A DNA stretch of 64,000 bases from an uncultured delta proteobacterium (GTDB lineage: Bacteria > Desulfobacterota > SM23-61). The DNA lies in the NCBI GenBank assembly GCA_963760605.1, contig CAVXFA010000075.1:11237-75236 (forward strand), read 5' to 3'. The notes beneath the pieces were generated by a model. That model searched no databases. It was not told the origin of the DNA and saw only the letters and a list, made by a program, of their open reading frames with translations. This document shows positions 21,398-31,371 of the stretch, piece after piece. Both the position numbers and the translations under genes were made by a program. Within the stretch, counting starts at the first letter, position 1. Each line of letters begins with the position of its first letter.

Positions 21398-22047
21398 GTG
21401 ATGAACGGAAGGAAGGCCTGGTTCAAGTAGGTGTGCACGAGGCAAGCGGGGCGCTGATCCCTGATCTTGAGGAAGGCCTGTCCGAATTTCAGCTCCAATT
21501 TTTTGAACCGGGAAAGGTTCCGCCCCACTTTCCTGTGCATCTAGAACGGGCTCTCTCCTGCGCCCTGAAAAGCGCAAGAACCCGCACGGAAACTGAACTT
21601 TCCGACTTTTTCAGCAGCATGCGCAGACGGCTCCGCCGCGACGTGAGGAATACCCGGGAATATTATGAAGCCTTGAAAAAAGAGATGGAAGACAGCCTGG
21701 GCCGCCCGCATCTCACCGATGCCCAGCGGCAGGAAAGGATGGCTAAGATTCGGGAACTTCCGCAAGAAATGGCCAACAAGATCGCCGACCTCGGAAACAA
21801 ATACCAGGTGCAAGTTACTCTGACGGGATGCGCCGCTCTCCGCTTTATCCTGCCCGTGGTGCAGATCATGATCGGAATTAATTACCGCAAGCTCCAACGA
21901 ACGACCCGAGCCACCTGGAATCCCATGACGCGGTGTCTGGATCCTTTGGTTTGCGAATGTTGCCAAGGGACCATCCGCACAGTACACCTTCGGGAAAAAG
22001 ACTCTCAAATTTCGCTGCTCTGCACATCCTGCAGCGCGCGGTCTTGA
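21367..22047 (+). CDS. Hypothetical protein with a C-terminal Cys-rich (zinc-ribbon-like) motif. It may be the continuation of 21008..21397 across a frameshift.
   Basis: The C-terminus contains CECCQGTIRTVH...CTSCS. Both frames are open across the 21330-21397 overlap. Confidence 0.4.
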   Translation: MVLVCHYVALSDERKEGLVQVGVHEASGALIPDLEEGLSEFQLQFFEPGKVPPHFPVHLERALSCALKSARTRTETELSDFFSSMRRRLRRDVRNTREYYEALKKEMEDSLGRPHLTDAQRQERMAKIRELPQEMANKIADLGNKYQVQVTLTGCAALRFILPVVQIMIGINYRKLQRTTRATWNPMTRCLDPLVCECCQGTIRTVHLREKDSQISLLCTSCSARS

Positions 22048-22645
22048 CGAAAGCCCCCACGGGGCACCTACAAGGCACCGCTGGACCTACCTTGTCTGGT
22101 TTTTCAGGCTATATAAACTCATTAGACTTTTTATGGGAGGTTAACAAATTGAATTAAAACCTATGTCCTGCTTTCCAGATTTTTTTGAAATAAGAAAAGG
22201 AAGGAACATCATTTCAATGGTGCAACAAATAAAAGCGGGTATTATACCTAATTATAAAAAGTGGAAATAGATATGACAAAGAGTGGTAAAGGAGGGATTA
22301 ACTTCTTCCAGAAAGTGTGATTTTTAGAACTCTTCCTTTCATACAACATTTAGGGCATTAATCGATAAGATAAAGTTACATATCAGGACGATGAGGCGTA
22401 GGAAATAATTCTTGTTGACGTTTCCGCTCAAAATGAGTAGCGTTTTGTTAAACCATAAACTTTCAAATCAACCTGCCAATCCAATCTCAACCTTTTGGAG
22501 TGGGTTATGAAGTGGGATTTCCCGAAGATTCCATTTTGAAGCCCCCAAGGGGACTTTTTTGTCCAGCGATTCGGAGAGGGGTGGCGAGAGTGGAATAGAG
22601 CTACTTGTCATTCTATCAAGATAAGAAACCCAGAGGAGGTGAACG

Positions 22646-23527
22646 ATGGTGGAAAGAACCATAGACGCAGCTGAAATCAAATGGCCGAGGCCAAGAAATG
22701 TTCAAATGCTCATTTTGCTTATCATCATCCTTATCGTTGTTTGGGGCACCTTTGTCATCGTCCCGGCTGGCCACAGGGGGGTTGCCCTCTGGTGGGGGAG
22801 TGTAGAGAAGAGAATCATGGGGGAAGGGCTCAACTTCAAGGTTCCCATTGCCGAAAGAGTCATCAAGGTGGATGTCAAGGTTCAACCCCATCCGTTCAAG
22901 GAGATCGATGCCTCTTCAAAAGAATACCAGATGGTGAAAATGACCGGAATGATGAACTTCCATATCGATCCGGCGTATGTCAATGACCTTTACCAGAAAG
23001 TGGGGCTCGATTTTGCCGACAAGGTGATCGACCCGGCCTTCAACGACTTCGTCAAGGAGGTTGTCCCGACCTACCCGATCGGGGAGATTCTTCCCAAGAG
23101 GGAGGAGATCCGGAAGAGGGCGATGACAAAATTGGGAGATAACCTGTCGAGGTATCACATCATCGTCGATGACATCTACTTTGCCAATATCCGATTCTCT
23201 CCTGAATATGAAGGGGCCGTGGAGGCCAAACAGGTGGCCCAACAACAGGTGGAAACCCAGAAACAGGTCTTGGCCCAACGCGAGATTGAAGCTCAGCAAA
23301 AGGTTGCCACCGCAAAAGGAGAGGCGGAATCCATTCTAGTGGTGGCTCAGGGACAGGCCAAAGCCAATGATGCCCTATCACGGTCGATCAGCCCGATCCT
23401 CGTGCAGTACAAGGGAATCGAGAAATGGAATGGGATTTTACCTCAAGTCTCTGGAGGAGCTGTCCCCTTCATCGACCTGAGCAAGAAGGGTAGCCTGTCG
23501 GGCGCAACGGAAGGAGGTAAGAGATAA
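22646..23527 (+). CDS. SPFH/band-7 (prohibitin/HflC-like) membrane protein.
   Basis: An N-terminal transmembrane helix is followed by an SPFH domain and a coiled-coil C-terminus. An RBS (gaggagg) is present. Confidence 0.8.
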   Translation: MVERTIDAAEIKWPRPRNVQMLILLIIILIVVWGTFVIVPAGHRGVALWWGSVEKRIMGEGLNFKVPIAERVIKVDVKVQPHPFKEIDASSKEYQMVKMTGMMNFHIDPAYVNDLYQKVGLDFADKVIDPAFNDFVKEVVPTYPIGEILPKREEIRKRAMTKLGDNLSRYHIIVDDIYFANIRFSPEYEGAVEAKQVAQQQVETQKQVLAQREIEAQQKVATAKGEAESILVVAQGQAKANDALSRSISPILVQYKGIEKWNGILPQVSGGAVPFIDLSKKGSLSGATEGGKR

Positions 23528-23701
23528 GGCCATCATTCATGACGGCCACGTCACCCACGAGCCGCCTGCCCGGGAAGGGCCCGAACCTACAGCCTAACGG
23601 TCAACATCTCAACAGGTCGCTAAGGCGCGGGTACAGTTCCGTATACACTGCGTAGCGGGGAATAGGGGACGTTCCGCGTGCTCACCTCATTTCTAAATTT
23701 T

Positions 23702-25798
23702 TTATTGTTCTGGCACTTCCATCACCCAGATGTCGAAGTTGCCCATGCGGTCAGACTCGAAGGCGATCTTCTTGCCGTCCGGGGACCAGGCCGCGTGGAC
23801 ATCCCATGACAAATTGTCGGTGAGTTGCGTCAGTCCGCTCCCATCGGCATTGGCAATGTAGATCTCCGGATTCCCCGTCTGCCAGGAGGTAAAGAGGATC
23901 TTCTGCCCATCGGGGCGCCACCTGGGGGTCATCTCGTCGCGAGGAGAGATCACGATATCCCGCTTGGCGCCGCCCTGGGGATTCATGGTCACCAGGTCAT
24001 AGCTCCCCTGGAGGGCCTTGTACTTTCCCCCGCGCCATCCCGAATAGAGGATCTGCTTGCCATCCGGCCTCCACTGGGGCACCACATTGGCCTGCCCCTC
24101 GGGGGTAAGGTGATGCCTCTCCAGAGTCTCCACATCCACCACCCAAATCTCGAATTGACCCGTCTCATCGGAGATGTAAGCCACCTTCTTCCCATCGGGG
24201 CTCCAATGGGGCGTCCAATCGAAGGCATCCGTGGGGGTCAGCCGCTTGAGGTGGGATCCATCTGCATCCATCACATAGAGGTCACCCTTTCCTGTCCGCT
24301 CCGAGACGAAAACGATGCGTTTGCCATCGGGGGACCACTCCGCATCCCCATCCAATGCCGGATGATCGGTCAGCCGCCTCTTGTTCGATCCATCCGCATC
24401 CATCACCCAGACATCCTGGTTGCCATCCCGGCAGCCCCAGTAAAGGATCTTCTTCCCATCCGGGCTCCAGGAAGGCCAGCCGGCGTCCTCATCGTCTCCG
24501 GTCAGTTGGCGCTTGTTCTTACCATTGGGATCCATCGTCCAAATGCTCCAATGTCCATTCGCATCCGAGTTGTAGGCAATCTTCCTCCCATCCGGGCTCC
24601 AGATGGCGCCCACCTCCCGGGCCTCGCTGTCGGTCAAGCGCTTGAGCGGGCTGCGAGATGGATCGACCATGGAGGCATCCACCTGCATTCGCAGAATGTC
24701 CCATCTTCCGCGTATGTCCGAGGAGAAGATCACCCACTTGCCATCGGGGCTCCAGTGAGGGTCCGTCTCTGCCGAAGGGGAGGTGGTCAGCCGCATCTGC
24801 TCCGACCCATCTGGATTCATCACCCAGAGATCCTGGTTGCCGGCCCTCTGACGGGAGAAGATAACCTTCTTTCCATCTGGACTCCAGCTAGGAGCCGTAT
24901 CCTCGTCTGGCCCCTGGATGAGCGCCCTCTGGCCCGAGCCATCTGCGTTCATCACCCAGATATTCTTATTTCCCGAGCGGTCGGAGACGAAAACGATCTG
25001 ATCCCCTTTTGGGCCGAAGACCGGATTCTCATTCTTTGCCCGGTCCTGGGTGAGCTGGGTCCATTTGCCCGTGGCAATCTCTAAAAGCCAGATTCCTTCA
25101 TTGCCAGACCGATTAGACTGGAAGACGATCTTCTTCCCATCGGGAGACCATTTCGGCATAGTCTCTTCACTTGGCTCGTTGGTCAGTTGGGTCAACTCCT
25201 CGGTGGCTATTTCCATTATCCATATGTCGAAATTTCCTGAGCGATTCGATTGAAAGACAATAAATTTGCCATCTGGACTCCAATCCGGGGCCATGTCTAT
25301 GGTAGGGCCGGAGAGGAGCGGAGTCCGATTCTTACCATTTGCATCCATGATCCAGAGATCCCAATCGTTCTGGAAGAGGTTGACGGAATAGACGATCCTC
25401 TTTCCGTCCGGGCTCCAGCCCCCCATCTTTTTGTTGAAGGGATACGGCAGAGCTGTGAGGAGCTGCCATCCGCCCGGGGGGCTGATCTGAATAGAGGAAA
25501 AGGGTTGCTCTCCCGGCCTCTCCGGCTTCTGGGGAGCAGTGGGATAGGGCATGCGGTGACAAGCCAGGCAGACAGCCCCTTTGTTGGCATCGATGATTTG
25601 TCGCCGAGATGGGAGCGGGAAGGGCACGGAGTCAGCCTCCAGCACTATATCCACTTTGGCGATCTCCTTGCTTTCCTTGCTTTCTTTCCTGGGCTCATCT
25701 TTTAGCTTCTCATAGGCTCCTGACTCCATGCGCAGGAGGAGAAGAGAACCCAGGATCCAGGCGATGAGGAAGAGGAAGATGAGTCGATGGCTTCTCAT
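23702..25798 (-). CDS. Periplasmic TolB-like beta-propeller protein with about 14 PD40/WD40-like repeats and an N-terminal CxxCH motif.
   Basis: A signal peptide is followed by CLACH. SPDGK(K/R)I(V/A)F repeats run throughout. Confidence 0.75.
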   Translation of the reverse strand: MRSHRLIFLFLIAWILGSLLLLRMESGAYEKLKDEPRKESKESKEIAKVDIVLEADSVPFPLPSRRQIIDANKGAVCLACHRMPYPTAPQKPERPGEQPFSSIQISPPGGWQLLTALPYPFNKKMGGWSPDGKRIVYSVNLFQNDWDLWIMDANGKNRTPLLSGPTIDMAPDWSPDGKFIVFQSNRSGNFDIWIMEIATEELTQLTNEPSEETMPKWSPDGKKIVFQSNRSGNEGIWLLEIATGKWTQLTQDRAKNENPVFGPKGDQIVFVSDRSGNKNIWVMNADGSGQRALIQGPDEDTAPSWSPDGKKVIFSRQRAGNQDLWVMNPDGSEQMRLTTSPSAETDPHWSPDGKWVIFSSDIRGRWDILRMQVDASMVDPSRSPLKRLTDSEAREVGAIWSPDGRKIAYNSDANGHWSIWTMDPNGKNKRQLTGDDEDAGWPSWSPDGKKILYWGCRDGNQDVWVMDADGSNKRRLTDHPALDGDAEWSPDGKRIVFVSERTGKGDLYVMDADGSHLKRLTPTDAFDWTPHWSPDGKKVAYISDETGQFEIWVVDVETLERHHLTPEGQANVVPQWRPDGKQILYSGWRGGKYKALQGSYDLVTMNPQGGAKRDIVISPRDEMTPRWRPDGQKILFTSWQTGNPEIYIANADGSGLTQLTDNLSWDVHAAWSPDGKKIAFESDRMGNFDIWVMEVPEQ

Positions 25799-26351
25799 GA
25801 GCTACCTCCCGAATCGAGAGCATGATGGTTGGACGAATCGATCAAACAGGCACGCACAAGTTATCATTCCTCCCTACTTAAGTCAATACTCCTGTTAAGG
25901 ACTCCTGTTAAGGAACGGAAAAAATGGTAAGAACTCACTCTTGGGGGAGTTGAGTATACAAAAAAGCGGGTCGGGGGTCAAGAAGAAAAGACTCCCAAAT
26001 ATGGGGGGCTTCACAGGAGGCGGATTAACGATGTCAACCATTCTTTCTCAAGAGAAATTCCCTTGGCTGCCGCTTTCCCGAACCTTTGCGCCCGGCCCAC
26101 TAATTTGCCAAAGGGTCGCCAGCTAAGCGGATCATCTGAAATGGCAAAAAGTATATTTTCAAGAAAGAATTTGTGTTAGAATTCTTCTATCTTTACCCTC
26201 CTGGCCGAATATACAAAAGTGCGTGGTTTAAAAAGCACCCGAGAATGGAAAAATTTCCGGAGTGAAGGTCCCAAAGGGTAGATTAGGAGGATTCCAGCGG
26301 GCCTGCATTTATCCATCCCAATTTTCTTTATGAATGAGAAAGGAGAAAATA

Positions 26352-26921
26352 ATGGTAGATTTTTTTGATCTCTTGGTGAAGCGGCGAGCCATCAGAGACT
26401 TTGAGAACAAGGAAGTCTCTCTGGAAACGATCAAGGAAATTATCAGGGATGGCTGTTTGGCTCCGAGCTCGGGAAACGGGCAGCCCTGGAGGTTCATCAT
26501 CGTCAACAATAAGGAGTGGATCAGAAAGCTTTCCGATGAGAGCAAGAAGAACATTCTTTACTTCATCGATAAGAACCCGGATTCGCCCCTAAAAAGCTAT
26601 GAAGCCCGCCTGAAAAACAAGAACTTCAACGTCTTTTATAATGCTCCCTGTCTAGTTTATATCGCCGCCCCCAAAGAAGTTAGGTCTGCCCAGGTTGATT
26701 GCGCTCTGGCCGCCTGTTACTTCATGTTCTCAGCAGCGGCGTTGGGCTTGGGCACCTGCTGGGTGGATTTAGGGTCGGAGATCAGAGACCCCGAGATCCT
26801 CGCCGAGATCGGGATGCCCTATGACTGCAAAATTGTCGCTCCCATCATCCTAGGTTATCCCAAAAGTATCCCCCCTTCGCCGACGAGGAACGAACCCCAG
26901 ATTCTCAAGATCATTACCTGA
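26352..26921 (+). CDS. Nitroreductase-family protein.
   Basis: The protein matches the NAD(P)H nitroreductase fold (RRAIRDF...PSSGNGQPWRFIIV). An RBS (aggag) lies before the ATG at 26352. Confidence 0.8.
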   Translation: MVDFFDLLVKRRAIRDFENKEVSLETIKEIIRDGCLAPSSGNGQPWRFIIVNNKEWIRKLSDESKKNILYFIDKNPDSPLKSYEARLKNKNFNVFYNAPCLVYIAAPKEVRSAQVDCALAACYFMFSAAALGLGTCWVDLGSEIRDPEILAEIGMPYDCKIVAPIILGYPKSIPPSPTRNEPQILKIIT

Positions 26922-27095
26922 AAAATTATTCTGCCGCGGAGAACACGGAGGTCACGAAACCCCGTGCTTCGGAGGTTAGAACCAAAGCCCAAGAACCAAA
27001 ATTCAAAAGTGAAATTTAAATTATTGCCCTGTCTTCTCTGTACTACTAATTTTCGATTTCTTGAAATTTTGTTAAGCAAATTTGCCTGTCGTTAT

Positions 27096-27150
27096 CGCCC
27101 TCACCCTCCCCTCTCCCCCGGACCCGGGGGAGAGGGATGGGGTGAGGGCG
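27096..27150. repeat. Near-perfect GC-rich hairpin with a 24-bp stem (cgccctcaccctcccctctccccc-ggaccc-gggggagagggatggggtgagggcg).
   Basis: The palindrome is visible in the sequence. It lies between the nitroreductase and the OMT, so it is probably a terminator or REP-like element. Confidence 0.55.
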
Positions 27151-27228
27151 CATTAAGGTCCGTTATTTGGTTGCGGCTCTGCCGCGCTGTAATCTCTTTG
27201 GCAAAATGTTTTTGAGACGGGGGTCGTC

Positions 27229-28221
27229 ATGAATAATGCCAGTTTAGAGGCGATCTTAGGCTTGTCCCGGAACTTTATGGAAAGCCGTATCTTGCTTTCC
27301 GCGGCAGAGCTGAAGCTTTTCACCCTCCTCACTCCTGACCCACTCTCCGCTCAGGAAGTTGCGAGCAGGATCGGAGCCAACCTGCGGGGATTAACCGTTC
27401 TCCTGGATGCCCTAACGGCCATGGCCCTTCTCGTCAAGGAGGAGGGAAAGTATTTATGTGCTCCCGCAGTATCGCCCTTTTTCTCCGCGGATTCTCCCCG
27501 TACAATTCTACCCATGGTCCTTCATATGGCCCACTTGTGGGAGAGATGGTCCACGCTTACAAAAACTGTTCAAGGCTCAAGCGTTCCAGGGAGACCCGTT
27601 TCCGCTTGTCGGGATGCGGGCGAACAGCAGGCCTTCATCGAGGCCATGCACGTCATCGCCGCACCGCAGGCTGCGCGGATTGTGGCCGCGGTTCATCCCG
27701 CATCATCGAGGGCCCTGATAGACGTCGGGGGCGCGTCGGGGACTTATACCCTGGCTTTTCTTCAGGCCGTACCTGAAATGAAGGCGACCCTTTTCGACCG
27801 GCCCGAGGTTGTCGAGATGGCCCGAAAACGTCTGGGCAAGGAAGGGATGCTGCACCGGGTCACCCTCGTTCCTGGAGATTTTTACCAGGACGAGCTTCCC
27901 CACGGCCACGACCTTGCTTTTCTCTCCGCCATCATTCACCAGAATAGCCCGGAACAAAACTTGAATCTTTTTAGCAAGGTGTTCCGGTCTCTGGGCCCAG
28001 GCGGACGGATTGTTATTCGGGATCACGTCATGGCGCCCGACCGGACCAGTCCGAAAGATGGGGCCATCTTCGCCGTGAATATGCTTCTGGGCACCGCTGG
28101 CGGAAGTACTTATACGTACGATGAGATTAAGGATGGCCTGACGCAAGCAGGGTTCATCGGCGTCCGCCTCCTCCAGGCAGGGCAACAGATGGATGCCTTA
28201 GTCGAGGCTTTTAAACCGTAA
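27229..28221 (+). CDS. Class I SAM-dependent O-methyltransferase (COMT-like, with a dimerisation domain).
   Basis: The SAM-binding motif LIDVGGASG is present, and the organisation matches O-MTase family 2. Confidence 0.8.
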   Translation: MNNASLEAILGLSRNFMESRILLSAAELKLFTLLTPDPLSAQEVASRIGANLRGLTVLLDALTAMALLVKEEGKYLCAPAVSPFFSADSPRTILPMVLHMAHLWERWSTLTKTVQGSSVPGRPVSACRDAGEQQAFIEAMHVIAAPQAARIVAAVHPASSRALIDVGGASGTYTLAFLQAVPEMKATLFDRPEVVEMARKRLGKEGMLHRVTLVPGDFYQDELPHGHDLAFLSAIIHQNSPEQNLNLFSKVFRSLGPGGRIVIRDHVMAPDRTSPKDGAIFAVNMLLGTAGGSTYTYDEIKDGLTQAGFIGVRLLQAGQQMDALVEAFKP

Positions 28222-28281
28222 ATTCCCCATCTTTCCCCGCTGAGGAAAAGGGGATGGAGAGGGAGCGAAAGGAGGCTTGAG

Positions 28282-28494
28282 ATGGGAACGAAAAAAAGTT
28301 TGCAGGTAAAAACCTTCACGAATGAGCTAAAGATTTTTCAGACCATGAAAGAGCTGGCGACCTTAGATGAGCAGGTGAATCTTTTTATCGCCAAGAATGG
28401 GGTGAAAAAAGTGATCTCGGTCAGCGATACCACGACGACGGACCAGACCGGGGCCACGATTGGATTGATCCGCGTGTTGGCCTACGAGGCGTAA
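28282..28494 (+). CDS. Small hypothetical protein (70 aa).
   Basis: The ORF is compact and has an RBS-like ggaggcttgag upstream. No domain was recognised. Confidence 0.4.
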   Translation: MGTKKSLQVKTFTNELKIFQTMKELATLDEQVNLFIAKNGVKKVISVSDTTTTDQTGATIGLIRVLAYEA

Positions 28495-28533
28495 AAAAGA
28501 AAAAATCCCTTACTCGTAGTAAGGTAGATCCAT

Positions 28534-29037
28534 CTAATAAGGGTACCCGTACCACCCGTAGGGATAACCCCACCAATAGGGATAGTAGGGGCTAGCAAGC
28601 TGCCGTTTTTCCCAGAGGTAAATTTCCTTGGCTAGAATAACCGGATAGGAATACTGCGTATCTCCCAAGGGGAGGACTTCTTTCCCACGCACCTCCCCCC
28701 CGACGGTGATTTCCCGTCCCTCCTTATAAATTTCTGGGTCCAGAAAGCCGGCAGATATAACTAAAAACCGTCCAGCGGAGCGATCTAAAGTCTGGGGTCT
28801 CTTTTCAAAGTCTAACTCTGTCTGCCTGACTTTCATCACCGTCTCATCTGTTTTGTTGACGGTCTCAATAATCACTCCTCCCCATAAGACGGTCTTCCCC
28901 ACGTACCGCTGCGGATCCTGCTGAACAACCTGGTAGGTCAGGGATTCGTCAACCTGGCGCATGATTTCTATGGATAGAGGGGCGCACGAAGCGATCAACC
29001 CAACAAACCAGAGGATGAGCAAAAGCTTTCTTTTCAA
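28534..29037 (-). CDS. Slp/YeaY-family outer-membrane lipoprotein (paralog 2). The start is likely the TTG at 29037.
   Basis: From the TTG start the protein has a clean lipoprotein signal MKRKLLLILWFVGLIASC, with a GGAGG RBS and a start that overlaps the upstream stop. It is paralogous to the adjacent gene. Confidence 0.65.
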   Translation of the reverse strand: MKRKLLLILWFVGLIASCAPLSIEIMRQVDESLTYQVVQQDPQRYVGKTVLWGGVIIETVNKTDETVMKVRQTELDFEKRPQTLDRSAGRFLVISAGFLDPEIYKEGREITVGGEVRGKEVLPLGDTQYSYPVILAKEIYLWEKRQLASPYYPYWWGYPYGWYGYPY

Positions 29038-29528
29038 TGGATCACGCCTCCGATCCCGATGCCAATATGAAAGGAAGGTCCGAGGCCGTTTTCGGGCTCC
29101 CAAAGGTAATGTTCGCGGGGGAGCAGCACAGGGTAGGTGTACTCCATCTCCCTAAGAGGCAACACTTTTTTCCCCTGTACCTCCCCCAGAACCGTTATGC
29201 TCCTTCCCGCCGCATAGATGGCCGGGTCACGAAAATCTGCAAAGCGGATGAAAAAGCGCCCGTACGAAACGTCGGTGTCTCCCGGCTTTTGTTGCCAGTT
29301 TAATAGCTGTTGCAGAACTTCCACCCATGTTTCCCCCTCCTTGACGGTGGTGGCCACAATCCTTCCTCCCAGAAGTATCACTTTTCCCTTGTATTTTTCC
29401 GGATTTTTGAGCAACTCCTGAAAAGTGATCGCTGGATCTACTTCCCTGAGCGACTGTTTGGAGATCACCGGTGCACAGGCATAGAGCAAAGCAACCAGAC
29501 TAAACGTCAATAAAATCTGCCTTCTCAT
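29034..29528 (-). CDS. Slp/YeaY-family outer-membrane lipoprotein (paralog 1).
   Basis: A lipobox (LLYAC) is present. The body (KYKGKVILLGGRIV...VLGEVQGKKVLPL) is paralogous to 28534..29037. Confidence 0.7.
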   Translation of the reverse strand: MRRQILLTFSLVALLYACAPVISKQSLREVDPAITFQELLKNPEKYKGKVILLGGRIVATTVKEGETWVEVLQQLLNWQQKPGDTDVSYGRFFIRFADFRDPAIYAAGRSITVLGEVQGKKVLPLREMEYTYPVLLPREHYLWEPENGLGPSFHIGIGIGGVIH

Positions 29529-29864
29529 TCTTTCCTCTTAAAGAAAAGGACTTTTTGCTGCCCAGAACATTTTTCCCGACAGCATCATGGCTCGTTCTGC
29601 TGGAAAACGCCCAATTTTGGGACGCTTCGCCCTGCCATGGGCCGTTTCCGGAAAAAGTATTCGCGCTCATCGCCCCCTCTTTGCCTTTTCAGCAACCTGC
29701 AAATAATTTATTATACCAAAATTTCAGTAACTTTACTTCCATCTATCCGAGTAATCACTCCACTCTTCCTTTGACATTTAGGCCGGATTAAAATAGTATT
29801 TTTAAGATTCATTCTTAATATTGCAAAAAGGCGCCCCTCATGCCTCGAGATATCCCAGTGGGTA

Positions 29865-30113
29865 ATGGCAGCCCGGACTGCGGTTCTTCCCCGATGGGGC
29901 GAAGCCGCACAGAAGACTGGGTTGAGCAATGGTTTGCTCAAGGCGGCCACGCCATTCACGGCAGTTGGCCTTATCTCTTCATTGGGCAATATAGGGCCTC
30001 TGGTGATACCGGTGGTCTTCGGGCTACTCATCGATTTTACCGGTACCTTCCATGCTTCAGTTTTTTCTGTTGCGCCCCCTCCGGAATCACCTTTGTGCTG
30101 GGCTCAAGACTGA
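29865..30113 (+). pseudogene. Probable C-terminal remnant of an MFS transporter.
   Basis: The fragment LGNIGPLVIPVVFGLLIDFTGTFHASVFSV resembles the last transmembrane helices of an MFS transporter. No plausible N-terminus is present. Confidence 0.3.
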
Positions 30114-30249
30114 GTCAAGGGGTTAAGCTTTTTCAGAAACATCCGGAGCATCGTCAACGGGATTAAGTTCCTTTGCGGCGGAGGCAGAAATTCGGGTATG
30201 GAAAACCGTTGACCGATTCAATAAAATCATTTTCAGAAGGGGGATCATC

Positions 30250-30507
30250 ATGGATGCCATCAGACCTGAATTGGCAGCCTTCGCGAGCGTCATGGAATCA
30301 AGGCTCAAAGAGAACGCCGACCGGGGAGATTGGAGGACTCTGAATTTTTATTACCTCGTTGCCGCCTTGACCTCTAACGTGGGTCAGTTGATCAGATCTT
30401 TTCAGGTGGACAAGCCCGATATCGTGCTGCGGTCAGCAGCGGACACAGCCAATTATGCCATGATGATCGCCGATCTCTATGGGGAATTGGCTAAAAGGAA
30501 AAAGTAA
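30250..30507 (+). CDS. Small hypothetical protein (85 aa, helical; possibly MazG-like).
   Basis: An RBS (agaaggggg) is present. There is weak resemblance to the MazG-like all-alpha fold. Confidence 0.4.
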   Translation: MDAIRPELAAFASVMESRLKENADRGDWRTLNFYYLVAALTSNVGQLIRSFQVDKPDIVLRSAADTANYAMMIADLYGELAKRKK

Positions 30508-30573
30508 AGATCGTGGGGTTCTCCAGCCGGTCTGTTTCAAGAAACAACAGGAGTCCGCATTCCTATCGTTCAA

Positions 30574-31371
30574 ATGACCGATTTCTTTCTTCTTAAACTC
30601 TTGCTCGCCTTCGTAGTTGGCAGTTCTATTGTCACCCTTTCCACTGTGGCGGCGGAAAAATTTGGCAGTAAAGTGGGTGGGTTTATTGGCGGCCTTCCCA
30701 GCACGGTGGCCATAACGTTATTTTTTATCGGGTTCGTACAGACTCCCCAGGTGGCCTCGGAAGCAACAAACATCATCCCCCTGGTCGTCGGATTTAATGG
30801 CTTGTTCTTGGTCATCTATGCTGTTCTGGCCAGATGGGGTTTCGCCACGGGATTCGCCGGAGCTTTATCGGTCTGGTTGTTTTTGTCGTTTTTGGCCGTA
30901 ATTCTGGACGTACAGAGCTTTTGGTTTTCAATTTCTATATTCTTAATCCTTTTGATTGGATCGTATTCCTTCCTCGAAAAAAAGCTGAGGCTGAGATCGG
31001 GTGGCAAGGTGGAGGTTCGCATTACGCCCTCCCAAATCGCTTTCCGTGCCTTTTTCAGCGGCTCCATTGTGACGGCGGGGGTTTATTTAAGTAAAGTGGG
31101 AGGAATCATTTGGGGAGGGATCTTATCACCCTTCCCCGCAGTATTCATCACCACTTTGGTTATCACCTGGAAATCAAGGGGGGTGGAGTTCTCCCGGATG
31201 ATTACAAAACCTTTGCTGATTAGCGGGATGGTAAACACAGTCGTATTCGCGGTGGCCGCGCGATATTTCTATCTTCTTTCCGGGCTGGTCCTGGGAACCA
31301 TCCTGGCTTATGCGATTTCCGGGATCAGTGCCTACGGGACCTATGTTTTCATCAAAGCCAAAATGACTTAG
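30574..31371 (+). CDS. Integral membrane protein of unknown function.
   Basis: Several hydrophobic helices are predicted. Confidence 0.5.
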   Translation: MTDFFLLKLLLAFVVGSSIVTLSTVAAEKFGSKVGGFIGGLPSTVAITLFFIGFVQTPQVASEATNIIPLVVGFNGLFLVIYAVLARWGFATGFAGALSVWLFLSFLAVILDVQSFWFSISIFLILLIGSYSFLEKKLRLRSGGKVEVRITPSQIAFRAFFSGSIVTAGVYLSKVGGIIWGGILSPFPAVFITTLVITWKSRGVEFSRMITKPLLISGMVNTVVFAVAARYFYLLSGLVLGTILAYAISGISAYGTYVFIKAKMT

